NCBI GenBank assembly: GCA_030156615.1 | Contig: JASGME010000003.1 | Coordinates: 7,574 to 71,573, forward strand | Length of the DNA stretch: 64,000 bases | Origin: Candidatus Woesearchaeota archaeon | Lineage (GTDB): Archaea > Nanobdellota > Nanobdellia > Woesearchaeales > UBA119 | Direction of reading: 5' to 3' | Part shown: piece by piece, positions 27,127 to 37,422 of the stretch | Layout of the letters: the number at the start of each line of letters is the position of its first letter | How positions within the stretch are numbered: position 1 is the first letter of the stretch | Position numbers and translations under genes: made by a program | Notes under the pieces: model-generated | The model's input: the letters and a program-made list of their open reading frames with translations, nothing else | The model's database searches: none | What the model was told of the DNA's origin: nothing

Positions 27127-28115
27127 AAAAAGCAGCAATAATTATAGTTAATTGGAATGGAAAGAAATTTCTTAAAGATTGTCTTAATGCGGTTTATAAA
27201 CAAACTTACGAGAATTTTGAAGTTTATTTTGTAGATAATGGCTCTATTGATGGAAGTGCTGATTATGTCAAAAAGAATTTTCCAAAAGCAAAGGTCATTA
27301 AATTAAGCAAAAATACTGGATTTGCTAAGGGAAATAATGAAGGTATCAAAGAAGCATTTAAGGATAAAAAAGTTGAATATATCGTTTGCCTTAATAATGA
27401 TACAATTGTTGATAAAAATTGGTTAAAAGAATTAGTAAAAACTGCAGAAAAAGATGAAAAAATTGGTATGGTTTCAAGCAAAGCTTATTTTAAAGATGGG
27501 AAAACAATACAAAATGCAGGGTTGATTTATTCTCCATCACTTCACATTAATAAGAAGGGAGGAATTTCTTTAGGTTACGGGATGACCGATAAAGAAATGC
27601 CTGAACTCTCTAATGAAATTGAGATATTCTGCCCAGGCGGAGTTGCACCATTATATAAAAGGAAAGTCTTAGAATTTTTATATAAAAGGGATAAAGAGAT
27701 ATTTGATGAAGATTTTTTTGCTTATGCAGAGGATTTAGATTTGGGATTTAGGATTAGAAAAATCGGCTATATCTCTTTTTTGTCACCAAAAGCAAAGCTT
27801 ATTCATTTACATTCTAAAACAGGTGGAGTTGCTTCTCCTTTTAAAGCATATTATTCTGAGAGAAATACCATACTTACTGCAATAAAAAATTTACCTCTCT
27901 TTGATTTATTCTTATTTCCCTTTAGAAATTTTTTTGTGAAGGTTTCTTATTTGAAAAAAGAAAATAGTTCTGTTAAAAAATTAAGAGAGGATAAAAGTCT
28001 TAGTGGTATTTTTTGGATTTTGATAAAAGCACACTTTTCAGCACTATTTTTAACACCAAAAATGCTAATTAAAAGATGGAGGATTCAATATAATAGAAAC
28101 TTTAGAATTGAATAA
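27123..28115 (+). CDS. GT2 glycosyltransferase (rhamnosyltransferase-like)
   Basis: IIVNWNG, VDNGSIDGS, NTGFAKGNN, LNNDT, FFAYAEDLDLG. Confidence 0.9.
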   Translation: MKKAAIIIVNWNGKKFLKDCLNAVYKQTYENFEVYFVDNGSIDGSADYVKKNFPKAKVIKLSKNTGFAKGNNEGIKEAFKDKKVEYIVCLNNDTIVDKNWLKELVKTAEKDEKIGMVSSKAYFKDGKTIQNAGLIYSPSLHINKKGGISLGYGMTDKEMPELSNEIEIFCPGGVAPLYKRKVLEFLYKRDKEIFDEDFFAYAEDLDLGFRIRKIGYISFLSPKAKLIHLHSKTGGVASPFKAYYSERNTILTAIKNLPLFDLFLFPFRNFFVKVSYLKKENSSVKKLREDKSLSGIFWILIKAHFSALFLTPKMLIKRWRIQYNRNFRIE

Positions 28116-28147
28116 ACTTAGTGACTGTATAACTGAGATGATACAAA

Positions 28148-29089
28148 ATGAATAAATATTTTAAGTTTGCAATCTCTCTCTTTGCAACCGGAATAATCGT
28201 TTACCTTCTATTTAGAAAAATAGATATTTCAACTTTAGTGAAATTATCAAGAGAGGGATTTGTTGCTTTAGGATTTTCAACTTTTCTTTTTTTTTTGATT
28301 AAAATGGTAAATACTTTTAGGTATTCGAAATTGTACAATCTGAAAGCAGGGATAAAACTTTTTTCACTGTTATCTTATTCCAATCTAATGTTAAATATTT
28401 TTCCATTCCGGACAGGAGAAATTTCATATATTCGTGGATTTAAAAAATACTTCAATATCAGATACTCTGAAGGACTAAACAAATTAGTTCTCTTGAGATT
28501 TATAGATTATCTTGTAATTTATATTATTTTCTTAATTTCTTCTATTTGCGTTTATAATAATGTTGAAGAAAGAATTTTAGAATTGGTCTCTCTTTTTTTT
28601 GTGATTTCTTTAGTGTTCTTTTTTGGGTTCATTTATTTTATCACTTCTAAAAAAGTTTCATTTAATTTTAAGAGTAAAAAAATAAATAACATATTAAAAA
28701 CAATAAGAATTGGGATCAAAGATATCAGAAAAATACCTATGAATGTTGGATATGTGATAGTCTCTCTGTCTTTTTTATATTGGATCCTTAGATTAATCTC
28801 GGGGTATGTTGTCTTAAGATTTTTAGGACTAAATATTCCTTTTTCTTATCTAACTTTTGTGTCTCTTCTTCTCTTATTAATTGGGATTCTACCAATTAGA
28901 TCCTTTCTTGGATTTGGGATATTTGAAGGAGGATGGGCATATTTTTTAATTCCTTTAGGTTATCAATACGATCTAATTCTGCCTTTAGTTTTACAATATC
29001 ATTTAATATTATTAATACCTTCAATAATTTTCGGAGCTTTTGGATTTTTTATTCTGAGAATTATATCTAAATTATCTGATAAACCTTAA
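28148..29089 (+). CDS. LPG-synthase TM / flippase-like membrane protein (AglD2/MprF-TM type)
   Basis: Multiple TMs, NIFPFRTGEISY, RFIDY, GFGIFEGG. Confidence 0.75.
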   Translation: MNKYFKFAISLFATGIIVYLLFRKIDISTLVKLSREGFVALGFSTFLFFLIKMVNTFRYSKLYNLKAGIKLFSLLSYSNLMLNIFPFRTGEISYIRGFKKYFNIRYSEGLNKLVLLRFIDYLVIYIIFLISSICVYNNVEERILELVSLFFVISLVFFFGFIYFITSKKVSFNFKSKKINNILKTIRIGIKDIRKIPMNVGYVIVSLSFLYWILRLISGYVVLRFLGLNIPFSYLTFVSLLLLLIGILPIRSFLGFGIFEGGWAYFLIPLGYQYDLILPLVLQYHLILLIPSIIFGAFGFFILRIISKLSDKP

Positions 29090-31559
29090 CCCTCCCAAAT
29101 TTTTTTTCAATCTTGTAGTTCTCCTCTAAAAATTCCTTCCACTTGTTTTCTTCAAATATCCTTAAAGTAGATCTCCATGCTCCAAATATTATTTTTGGTT
29201 TGTCTTCATTTAATTTATCTAATATCTCTGATTTTGTTAAAGAAATGTCGTAGTTCTTATACTTTTTATTCAAACCTTCATAAAAATATATATCTTTTTC
29301 CTCTCGCAAATGAAAAGGGGAGTGAAATGATATTACATTTTTATTGTCCAACGAGGCTAAAATTGCAGTATCTAAGGAAAAGACTGATTCATTGTCAAAA
29401 TTTTTTTTGAGATACTTTTCCACTTCATCAAACTCCTCGATAGTATAAAAAGTGTAATCAGTTGGAAGGTTAATATTAATGTAAAAAGAAAAAGAAACAC
29501 TTAAAAACAAAATGAAAGAAAATAACCTTTTGCTTTTAAAATTAGTAAAATAAATTAAAATGAGTATTAAAGGGAAGAATATTAAAATTGTTTGAAAACG
29601 GGTTGGCATTAGATAACCTCCTAAAGTAGATACAATAAGCCAAAAATCAAAAACAAGAATTAATCCCGATTTTTTAGAGTCTTTATACATTCGATCTTTC
29701 TTTGAATAGATGCCATAATATATTAAGAAAATAGTATGAATAATTACTAAAGAACAAGCAAGATAGTGGTAAAAAGAAGGAACGAAGGTGAAAAAACCTC
29801 GACTCCCAAAGCCAAAAATTAAGACGGATATATTAATTGTTGCATAAACCATAGAAAGTATCTTTCTGTATTTTGTTAAAACATATAAATTTAAAAATTG
29901 CATTGAAAAAAGTATAACTGGAAAACTTAAAATAATCCCTCCATAAAAAGAAGAAAAAAAAATTTCTGGTTCTGTTTTTAGTTCATAAATGAAAGTTAAT
30001 AAAATAAGAATATTTGTTAGAATAATTAATCTTTCTTTTTCGAATATTTTTTTTGGAGTTATTTTTGATAAAATAAGACATATACTTAAAAATATTAGAG
30101 ACAATATTCCTAAATTAATAAAAACGTCATTTAATACAATCTTATAAATATGAAAAAAATCTGTTTTAATGGAATAATAAATCCAATATGTTAGGATTGG
30201 AATTAGAAGTGATATAAAAAACATTAAACTTTCATTGAATGTTTTTTTCCACTTTTCTTTATTTTTAAAAATGATCATTAAAGGAATGATTACCAAAAAT
30301 ATTTCTTGTCCTTTGTAGCAGAGTATTGCTAAACCTGTTAAAAAACCTATTAAAAAGATAAAAAGCGAAGAATTTTCTTTCAAATAATTTTTATATGCTA
30401 AATATAAAATTAAAACTGAAAATAGATTTCCTAATTGATAGAAGATCCCTTGAAAAAGGTCCAATGTAGCATTAAAAGAAAGACTAACAACAGAAATTAA
30501 TAAAATTGTTATGTTTATCTTTTTATGATTAGAAATTTCTTTTAAGAAAAGGTACCATAAGATAAAAATTAATACGTGGATTAAAAAAACAAACCATCTT
30601 AAGTTTATTATGCTAATCTCAAATATTTTAAACCAAGGAATTAAAAAAAGTAAGCTCCCACTCTCCCTAGACCAAAAATCTAGAAAGAGTGTTTTTCCCT
30701 CAAAAAGTAGTTTAGTAGTATATAAAAAATTTCCTTCGTCTGTTCCAATTCCAGTATGGTAAATTTTGTAAATTTGAATTATCATAAATAGAACAAATAC
30801 CCCGAAGAGACCAAGCGAATATCCCCAGCCCTCTTTATACATCCATTTAACAAAACTATAAGGTAATCTAGCAAACCAAATAAAGGGAGCTGCTAAGGCT
30901 CTTAAAATAGAAACAAAATATCTTTTTTCTTTCCAATTTTTGGTTATGCCGTAATCAAAATTAAACCATGCAAGCTTTGGGAACTTCCTGTCAAACTCTT
31001 TTGCTCGCTTTTGCTCTGCTTTTTCTTCATCTTCTTTTTCTTCTTCAATTTCATCAATAACATCTCTGTTGTAATAAAAAACAAAAACACCCAAGAGAAT
31101 TGTTATTATGCTTAATCCTGTCATCTTTGAAGAGAAGAAATCAAAGAAAGAGCCTAAACTTATCAAAACAAGCATTGCCAAGAACATGTATTTATATACA
31201 TCCTCTTTGAGAAAGAGATCCTTCTTCTTATTAAAGTGTTCAAGAAGAAGCTTTATTCCTCCTAAGATACATGTAGCAATAAGAAACGCAATAACCTTAA
31301 AATCCAGCCAAAAGATATTAACAAAAGAAAAGCCCAAGAAAATTAAGAAAGCAAGATTAACGACCTTCTGAATATTTCTAAAGATACGCCATGGAACAAA
31401 AGAAGCAATAAGCAAAATAAATGCAGCAAGGAGGAAAGGCCATACCCTGTCTTCCAAGCCAACGAAAATAAAAGGACTCTTAACTAAGGCAAAAATCTCT
31501 AGTCCCAATAGAACCAAGAAAACAACAAAAAACACCGATCTATACCTTTTAAGACCCAT
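29067..31559 (-). CDS. Large polytopic GT-C-type glycosyltransferase with N-terminal membrane extension
   Basis: 830 aa; DEG motif after TM (GTDEGNFLY), YKGQE, many TMs; N-terminal module ending KWMYKEGWGY. Confidence 0.7.
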   Translation of the reverse strand: MGLKRYRSVFFVVFLVLLGLEIFALVKSPFIFVGLEDRVWPFLLAAFILLIASFVPWRIFRNIQKVVNLAFLIFLGFSFVNIFWLDFKVIAFLIATCILGGIKLLLEHFNKKKDLFLKEDVYKYMFLAMLVLISLGSFFDFFSSKMTGLSIITILLGVFVFYYNRDVIDEIEEEKEDEEKAEQKRAKEFDRKFPKLAWFNFDYGITKNWKEKRYFVSILRALAAPFIWFARLPYSFVKWMYKEGWGYSLGLFGVFVLFMIIQIYKIYHTGIGTDEGNFLYTTKLLFEGKTLFLDFWSRESGSLLFLIPWFKIFEISIINLRWFVFLIHVLIFILWYLFLKEISNHKKINITILLISVVSLSFNATLDLFQGIFYQLGNLFSVLILYLAYKNYLKENSSLFIFLIGFLTGLAILCYKGQEIFLVIIPLMIIFKNKEKWKKTFNESLMFFISLLIPILTYWIYYSIKTDFFHIYKIVLNDVFINLGILSLIFLSICLILSKITPKKIFEKERLIILTNILILLTFIYELKTEPEIFFSSFYGGIILSFPVILFSMQFLNLYVLTKYRKILSMVYATINISVLIFGFGSRGFFTFVPSFYHYLACSLVIIHTIFLIYYGIYSKKDRMYKDSKKSGLILVFDFWLIVSTLGGYLMPTRFQTILIFFPLILILIYFTNFKSKRLFSFILFLSVSFSFYININLPTDYTFYTIEEFDEVEKYLKKNFDNESVFSLDTAILASLDNKNVISFHSPFHLREEKDIYFYEGLNKKYKNYDISLTKSEILDKLNEDKPKIIFGAWRSTLRIFEENKWKEFLEENYKIEKKFGRVKVYQII

Positions 31560-31715
31560 GTTCCGATGAGTTTATATTATCTTTTTATATTTTTACTTTT
31601 AGCCCTTCATCCGTAAAACAGTCATTAAACTGTCTAAATTATGTCTCAGTTATATATAAGAAAGTTTTCGTAGAGGGAACTAAACAGCCAATTATCTCCT
31701 TCCAAAGAGGGACAT

Positions 31716-31771
31716 AATGTTACACTCAAACGTAACATTTCTGCCCTTCTTGTTACACTTTAATGTAACAT
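31716..31771. promoter_or_regulatory. Tandem palindromes TGTTAC-N8-GTAACA (33-bp period)
   Basis: AATGTTAC-ACTCAAAC-GTAACATT (31716-31739) and TGTTAC-ACTTTAAT-GTAACA (31751-31770). Confidence 0.6.
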
Positions 31772-33052
31772 CTCCAAAAGCAGAAACTTCCACAATGGAG
31801 CAACTCTAATCTTGTATCCTTTATATTTCAAAGAATCCTCCTGATCATATGTTAGAATCATTCCTTCTTTAATTTTCAATTCACTCATGGCTTCAACCAA
31901 GCCATCCATCTCCCTTTTCTTATTCTTTTCATTCAGATCGTATGTAACCTGAACTGCTGAAGTCAGCTTCCTGTTCTTTTGAAGTATGAAATCACATTCT
32001 TTAGCATGCTTAAAGTAAAAAACATCAAAGCCTTTTCTTTTGAACTCCTGCATTGCTAATGATTCCAAAAGCTTCCCCTTGTTCTTTGTTAATGTAGTTG
32101 AGAGCATGGTATGGAATATATTATCGCTGAGATATACTTTCTTAGGATTCTGAATCCTGACTCTGCCTGAATAGGAAAATTTCTCGGTTGCAAACACAAA
32201 GAATGCCTCTTCCAAGTATTTCAGATATTGGGAAATGGTCTTCTTGCTTACTTTAATGCCCTTGCCCCTTAAACTCTTTTCAAAGGAGCTTATTGAAAAA
32301 ATATCTGAGTTTATATCTATAAGATAAGACATTAAAAGCTCAATAATCTCTGTATTCTTAATCCGATGCCTTTCTACTACATCCTTATAATAAGTAGTAT
32401 CAAAGTAAGAGTTAGCAAGTTCTTTCTTCTCTATCTCGCTATTTTTCTTAATAATCTCAGGATATCCACCATAAAGCATATATTCATCAAACAATCGCAT
32501 CAACTTTCCCTTGTTAGCAGTATATTCTGTAGTCTTCTTATACTCAAATCCCCTATATCTTAAGAACTCTTTGAAAGAGAAATTAAGCAAAAGAATGCTT
32601 CTATACCTCCCTCTCAATTCGGTAGCTATCTCTTTTGACATCAGCTTGGAAGAAGAACCAGAGATAACAACATAGTATTTCTTTAGATTATTCAATCTTC
32701 TGACAAACCTGCTCCATTTGTCTATCTCTTGAATTTCATCAAAAAAGAGGTATTTAACATCATTATCGCTCAATTCTTTATGCGCAGTAAACATATCATC
32801 AAGCTCATCATCGCTAATTCCAGCAAGTCTATTATCCTCAAAATCAATAAAGAGAATCTCATCTTTTTCATTAGTTTCAAGCAACTGCTTTATTTTGTTG
32901 AACATGAGATATGTCTTTCCGGCCCTTCTTGGCCCCATTATGGCTAAAATGCTATCTTTATCTATCCTGAATTCTATATCTCTTTCAATCATCTCAGGCA
33001 AATCTCTCTCAAGCCATTCGCTAATTATCTTCTTAAATACTTCTCTTTTCAT
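31760..33052 (-). CDS. AAA+ ATPase (AAA_14 plus DUF4143 type)
   Basis: GPRRAGKT, FFDEIQ, ISGSSS, ELRGR, YMLYGGYPE, KKVYLSD, LLES, ECDF, QVTY. Confidence 0.92.
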   Translation of the reverse strand: MKREVFKKIISEWLERDLPEMIERDIEFRIDKDSILAIMGPRRAGKTYLMFNKIKQLLETNEKDEILFIDFEDNRLAGISDDELDDMFTAHKELSDNDVKYLFFDEIQEIDKWSRFVRRLNNLKKYYVVISGSSSKLMSKEIATELRGRYRSILLLNFSFKEFLRYRGFEYKKTTEYTANKGKLMRLFDEYMLYGGYPEIIKKNSEIEKKELANSYFDTTYYKDVVERHRIKNTEIIELLMSYLIDINSDIFSISSFEKSLRGKGIKVSKKTISQYLKYLEEAFFVFATEKFSYSGRVRIQNPKKVYLSDNIFHTMLSTTLTKNKGKLLESLAMQEFKRKGFDVFYFKHAKECDFILQKNRKLTSAVQVTYDLNEKNKKREMDGLVEAMSELKIKEGMILTYDQEDSLKYKGYKIRVAPLWKFLLLEMLH

Positions 33053-33086
33053 ATTGTTGATAAGATAAAAAGAGCATATTTAAAAA

Positions 33087-33136
33087 TGTTTCCCACAGGA
33101 AACACTTTTGGACTAAATTGTTTCCTTTAAGAAACA
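33087..33136. promoter_or_regulatory. Tandem palindromes TGTTTCC-N4-(G/A)GAAACA (32-bp period) just upstream of the ATPase TATA box
   Basis: TGTTTCC-CACA-GGAAACA (33087-33104) and TGTTTCC-TTTA-AGAAACA (33119-33136), both followed by CTTT. Confidence 0.6.
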
Positions 33137-33164
33137 CTTTTTCAATTTCAGAGAACATAAAGAA

Positions 33165-33239
33165 TAGCGGGGAGTAGATTTGAACTACTGACCTTCGGGT
33201 TATGAGCCCGACGGGCACTCCTGACTGCCCCACCCCGCT
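33165..33239 (-). tRNA. Initiator tRNA-Met (CAT)
   Basis: AGCGGGG...CCCCGCT acceptor (A1:U72), anticodon arm TCGGG-CTCATAA-CCCGA with three G-C pairs, T-loop GTTCAAATC; no encoded CCA. Confidence 0.95.
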
Positions 33240-33320
33240 ATATCTTCGTGAATCTTTAAGCAATATTTAAACCTTTTTATTGCCACAAGAGTTAAATATC
33301 AATTATCTAATCTTCTGGCT

Positions 33321-34334
33321 ATGGATAATGAAAAAAAGGCAAGAGAGAATGTGTTAAAGCCATCCGTGGATCTTGAAGGCTGGCCTGTTGTAAAGGGCTA
33401 TGATTTCAGCAGGCCTTTCTCTGTGAAGCGTTTTGTAGAATCTTTATGCAATACAGGATTTCAAGCGACATCTTTGTATAAGGCTATTCAGTTATATAAA
33501 AAGATGCTCAATGATAAGGCTACAATATTCTTCGGATTTACATCAAACATGGCAAGCTGTGGCATTAGAGATATTATTACTTATCTTGTCAAAAACAAGA
33601 TGGTTCATGTCTTGTCTACAACAGCAGGTGGCGTAGAAGAGGATATTATGAAATGTCATAAGCCTTTTGTTATAGGTGATTATGATGCCCCGGGCGAATA
33701 TCTTAGAGGACATGGTATTAACAGGACAGGCAATCTCTTTATACCAAACGACAGATATCTCTGGTTTGAGCGTTATATGAATTCTTTGCTTGATAGACTT
33801 TATGAGAAACAAAAGAATGAAAAAAAGGTGATAAACAGCAAGGAATTCTGCAGAGAGATGGGCTATCAGTTGGAGCTTATGAGCAAGCAGGATAAAGAGC
33901 TTAAATACACCGAGAGCTTCATTTATCAAGCGTATAAAAACGATATCCCTGTGTTTGGCCTGCCCCTGACAGACGGCTCAATAGGCGACATGATATACTT
34001 CTTTAAGAAGAGGCATAAGGATTTCCAGCTTGATATTGCAGATGATATTGAGATGCTTACCGATATTGCATTAAATGCTGAAAAGACTGGCATAATTGCA
34101 ATAGGTGGTTCTGTGCCTAAACATCAGGTATGCAATGCAAATCTATTTAGAGGAGGTGCTGATTACACTATCTATATAAATTTAGGAATAGAATATGAAG
34201 GCTCTAATGCAGGAGCCAACCCAGATGAAGCAGTATCCTGGGGCAAATTAGTCAAGAAGGAGAATACTGTTAAGGTTTTTGGAGAAGCGAGCATCGTGTT
34301 TCCATTGCTTGTTTTAGGTGTGATTGAAGGATGA
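33321..34334 (+). CDS. dys: Deoxyhypusine synthase
   Basis: [35 protein letters not shown], active-site EAVSWGK. Confidence 0.95.
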   Translation: MDNEKKARENVLKPSVDLEGWPVVKGYDFSRPFSVKRFVESLCNTGFQATSLYKAIQLYKKMLNDKATIFFGFTSNMASCGIRDIITYLVKNKMVHVLSTTAGGVEEDIMKCHKPFVIGDYDAPGEYLRGHGINRTGNLFIPNDRYLWFERYMNSLLDRLYEKQKNEKKVINSKEFCREMGYQLELMSKQDKELKYTESFIYQAYKNDIPVFGLPLTDGSIGDMIYFFKKRHKDFQLDIADDIEMLTDIALNAEKTGIIAIGGSVPKHQVCNANLFRGGADYTIYINLGIEYEGSNAGANPDEAVSWGKLVKKENTVKVFGEASIVFPLLVLGVIEG

Positions 34335-35494
34335 AAATCGCAGTTGTCGGTCTTGGCTATGTTGGATTATCTCTCGCAGTTCTTCTATCGCAGAATAACG
34401 AAGTTGTAGCATTAGATATTGTTAAAGAGAAGGTTGATGATGTTAATAATAGAAAATCGCCCATCAAAGATACAGAAATAGAAGAATTTCTGAAGAAGAA
34501 ACTAAATCTAAAGGCAACTATAGACAAGGAAGAAGCTTATGAGAAAGCAGATTTTGTCATTGTTGCAACCCCGACAGACTATGATCCAGAAAGAAAATAT
34601 TTCAATACTGAGAGCGTTGATTCTGTTCTTAAAGATGTAGTGCAGATTAATTCAAATGCTATAATTGTTATAAAATCAACAGTCCCTGTAGGCTACACAA
34701 AAGAAGCAAGGAGAAGATTAAAAACTGAGAATATAATATTTTCTCCAGAATTCTTAAGAGAAGGGAAAGCATTATACGATAATCTTTACCCATCAAGGAT
34801 CATTGTTGGGGATAAAACAAGAAAAGGGGAGCAGTTTGCCAATCTTTTAAAGGAAGCTTCTCTTAAGAGGGATGTTCCTGTTCTTCTTACAAATAGTACA
34901 GAAGCAGAAGCAATAAAACTCTTTGCCAATACATTCCTTGCAATGCGTGTTGCATTCTTCAATGAATTAGATACCTTTGCTGAAATAAGGGGCTTGGACA
35001 CAAAACAGATAATAGAGGGAGTATGCTTGGATCCAAGGATAGGAAACTTTTACAATAATCCTTCTTTTGGCTATGGCGGTTATTGTCTTCCAAAGGATAC
35101 AAAACAGCTCCTTGCAAACTATGAAAACATACCAAACAGCCTGATGACTGCAATTGTAGAAGCAAACGAAACAAGAAAAAATCATATTGTTAATATGGTT
35201 TTAAAGAGAAATCCAAAGATTGTTGGAATATACAGATTAGCAATGAAAAAGGATTCGGATAATTTCAGGCAGTCAGCAATAATAGACATAATAAGGCGTT
35301 TAAAAAGCTCGGCAATAAATATGATAATCTACGAACCTGTAATAACTGAGCCTATGTTTTACAACATTGAAGTTATAAACGATTTGGAAGAATTCAAGGA
35401 AAAGTCAGATTTGATTCTTGCTAACAGAATGGAGCCCGAATTAAAAGATGTTTTTGAGAAAGTTTACACAAGAGATTTATTCGAAAGAGATTAA
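34331..35494 (+). CDS. ugd: UDP-glucose 6-dehydrogenase (bacterial short type)
   Basis: [52 protein letters not shown]. Confidence 0.96.
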   Translation: MKIAVVGLGYVGLSLAVLLSQNNEVVALDIVKEKVDDVNNRKSPIKDTEIEEFLKKKLNLKATIDKEEAYEKADFVIVATPTDYDPERKYFNTESVDSVLKDVVQINSNAIIVIKSTVPVGYTKEARRRLKTENIIFSPEFLREGKALYDNLYPSRIIVGDKTRKGEQFANLLKEASLKRDVPVLLTNSTEAEAIKLFANTFLAMRVAFFNELDTFAEIRGLDTKQIIEGVCLDPRIGNFYNNPSFGYGGYCLPKDTKQLLANYENIPNSLMTAIVEANETRKNHIVNMVLKRNPKIVGIYRLAMKKDSDNFRQSAIIDIIRRLKSSAINMIIYEPVITEPMFYNIEVINDLEEFKEKSDLILANRMEPELKDVFEKVYTRDLFERD

Positions 35495-35558
35495 GTTTTG
35501 ATTTTGAGAAAGAGAAAATTTTTATATCACTCTTCTTTCTTCTTTTTTTGATTAGTAT

Positions 35559-35643
35559 GCCGAGGTCGCATAGTCTGGCCATTGCGGAGGATTGCTAATC
35601 CTCTGTCCGAAAGGGCACCAGGGTTCAAATCCCTGCCTCGGCG
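35559..35643 (+). tRNA. tRNA-Ser (GCT)
   Basis: GCCGAGG...CCTCGGC acceptor, anticodon arm GAGGA-TTGCTAA-TCCTC, long variable arm TGTCC-GAAA-GGGCA, GGTTCAAATCC. Confidence 0.96.
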
Positions 35644-36677
35644 TTATTATCACTGCTTTTTCTTTTCTTTTTCATTTTGTCTCCTATAATATAAATTGGA
35701 GTCAAAAAAAATCTGTTGAAAATATATCCTGTGATTTTTGGTAAAGTTTTAATTGGATGCTTTTTAAATTCTCTCATCCCTTTTGATAATAGACTTTTTG
35801 TGTTTTCAATCTTGTTTTTTATTAAACTACCTGGTTGAATCATTTCATTTGTTTCTACACAAAAGACACTTTTTCCGGATTTGTTTGCTATTTCAACTGC
35901 TTGTTTAAAAGAACTTTCGATAAATAGTTCTGCGTTAGTATTTTTATAAATTTTAGTTTTGAAATCAGCATAATTCCCTGCTCTTATTCTTTCTTCTTTT
36001 GAATCAAAAGGCATCATAATAAGATGATTATACTTGACATTGTGTTTTTTCAGCCATTCTTCAGTTAGACTTCTGTATTTTTCCAATCTGGAAGTCACTA
36101 ACCATCCGATCTTTTTAGTTGGGATCATATATTCATCAGCATTCTGAATAAATTGTTTATATCTTTCTCCGTCGTCGTTCTCTTCTTCTAAAGGATCCCT
36201 GCACAATACCCCATCGATGTCAACACAGGAATTTTCTAATATTCCGTGGTGCATAATATTCCATTCAAAAACTCTTGGTGGATTGAGAATTTCATAATAA
36301 AAATCAACTATTCTCGTTGCTGTTGGTGCCACATAAACTGCTGCATATTTTATGTTATATTTTATGTTTAAATCTTTGATCTTTTTTTTTATAATATTTA
36401 TCTGTCTACCGCTCCAAACACTATCGTCAATTATTAAAACTCTTGTTTTGTCACTATTCCATTCTATTTCTTTGCCAGTGTATCTTTTTCCAGTAGAAAA
36501 TAATCTTTTTTCTATCAATCCCTCAACATCTGTTAGAGGGATATTTCTATATAATGATATTAGAGTTGCAGGAATTAAACCGCTTCGAGGTATTCCTACA
36601 ACCAAATCAACCTTTGGTAAAGTCAAGAGCCATTTTTTAATATCCTTGTTAAGATCGCAGAAAGACTTATATTTCAT
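35625..36677 (-). CDS. Phosphoribosyltransferase-like domain fused to HAD-family phosphatase
   Basis: VVGIPRSGLIPA and LIIDDSVWSG (PRPP-binding loop); VDIDGVL, LVTSR, K, FIES (HAD motifs I-IV). Confidence 0.8.
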   Translation of the reverse strand: MKYKSFCDLNKDIKKWLLTLPKVDLVVGIPRSGLIPATLISLYRNIPLTDVEGLIEKRLFSTGKRYTGKEIEWNSDKTRVLIIDDSVWSGRQINIIKKKIKDLNIKYNIKYAAVYVAPTATRIVDFYYEILNPPRVFEWNIMHHGILENSCVDIDGVLCRDPLEEENDDGERYKQFIQNADEYMIPTKKIGWLVTSRLEKYRSLTEEWLKKHNVKYNHLIMMPFDSKEERIRAGNYADFKTKIYKNTNAELFIESSFKQAVEIANKSGKSVFCVETNEMIQPGSLIKNKIENTKSLLSKGMREFKKHPIKTLPKITGYIFNRFFLTPIYIIGDKMKKKRKSSDNNAEAGI

Positions 36678-37422
36678 TTTTAGTCCCTTTAATTCCTAGA
36701 TTGATCCATCCGTGGTCATATCCTCTTACTTCTTTTGAATTCATTTTCTTAATATTGGTTAGATTTAAATCACGGAGTATACTTTTTAGAAATTTATACG
36801 TGAAAAGTGTTCTATGCCAGTTATAACTCTTTATCCTTCCTGTACCATCCCCATAAGAAAAAATCCGTCCATTAGCCCATAAATAAGTATTTCTCTCTTC
36901 ATTGAATTTGTACCATCCGTCGTTATTTATAAACGTCTTTTTTCCTTGTTCTTCTAATATAATTTGCTTTATTATTTTTAGACCATCGGGAACCCAGATT
37001 TCTAAAGTTCCTCCTTTCTTAAGAACTCTAATCCATTCTTTTAGTACTTGTTTTGTTTTATACCAAGGGATATGCTCTAAAATATGACTTGCATAAACTA
37101 TTTCAAAAGTATTATCTTTAAATGGTAATTTCTTAGATGCGTCATAAACATAATCAACATTCAATCCTCCAACAGCATCAATTGTTTCAAATCCTTTTAT
37201 TCTTCCAAATCCCGGTCCGATCTCTAGTTTTCTGTTTTTTCGTTTTCTATTCTTTAACAGTCGAAAAGGATTCAAGATCTTTCCGATGATCGTGAATAAA
37301 AAGAAATAGATCTTTAAAATCCATGCTTCATTATTCTTTATAAATCTTCTTAGAAACTCAGGCAATTGATGATATCTTTTAACTAAATCTTGTTCTCCCA
37401 TTTTTTCTTGCTTTTTTTTCAT
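36667..37422 (-). CDS. SAM-dependent methyltransferase (Methyltransf_11-like)
   Basis: LEIGPG, LPFKDNTFEIVYASHILEH, RVLKKGG, VPD. Confidence 0.85.
   Translation of the reverse strand: MKKKQEKMGEQDLVKRYHQLPEFLRRFIKNNEAWILKIYFFLFTIIGKILNPFRLLKNRKRKNRKLEIGPGFGRIKGFETIDAVGGLNVDYVYDASKKLPFKDNTFEIVYASHILEHIPWYKTKQVLKEWIRVLKKGGTLEIWVPDGLKIIKQIILEEQGKKTFINNDGWYKFNEERNTYLWANGRIFSYGDGTGRIKSYNWHRTLFTYKFLKSILRDLNLTNIKKMNSKEVRGYDHGWINLGIKGTKNEI

Noticed and set aside
31716-33136. Tn7/Mu-like transposon ends (TGT...ACA)
   Set aside because: No transposase, no target-site duplication noticed, and each motif is a self-contained palindrome rather than an oriented end
33033-33263. 76-aa minus-strand ORF
   Set aside because: Runs through tRNA-iMet and the ATPase promoter
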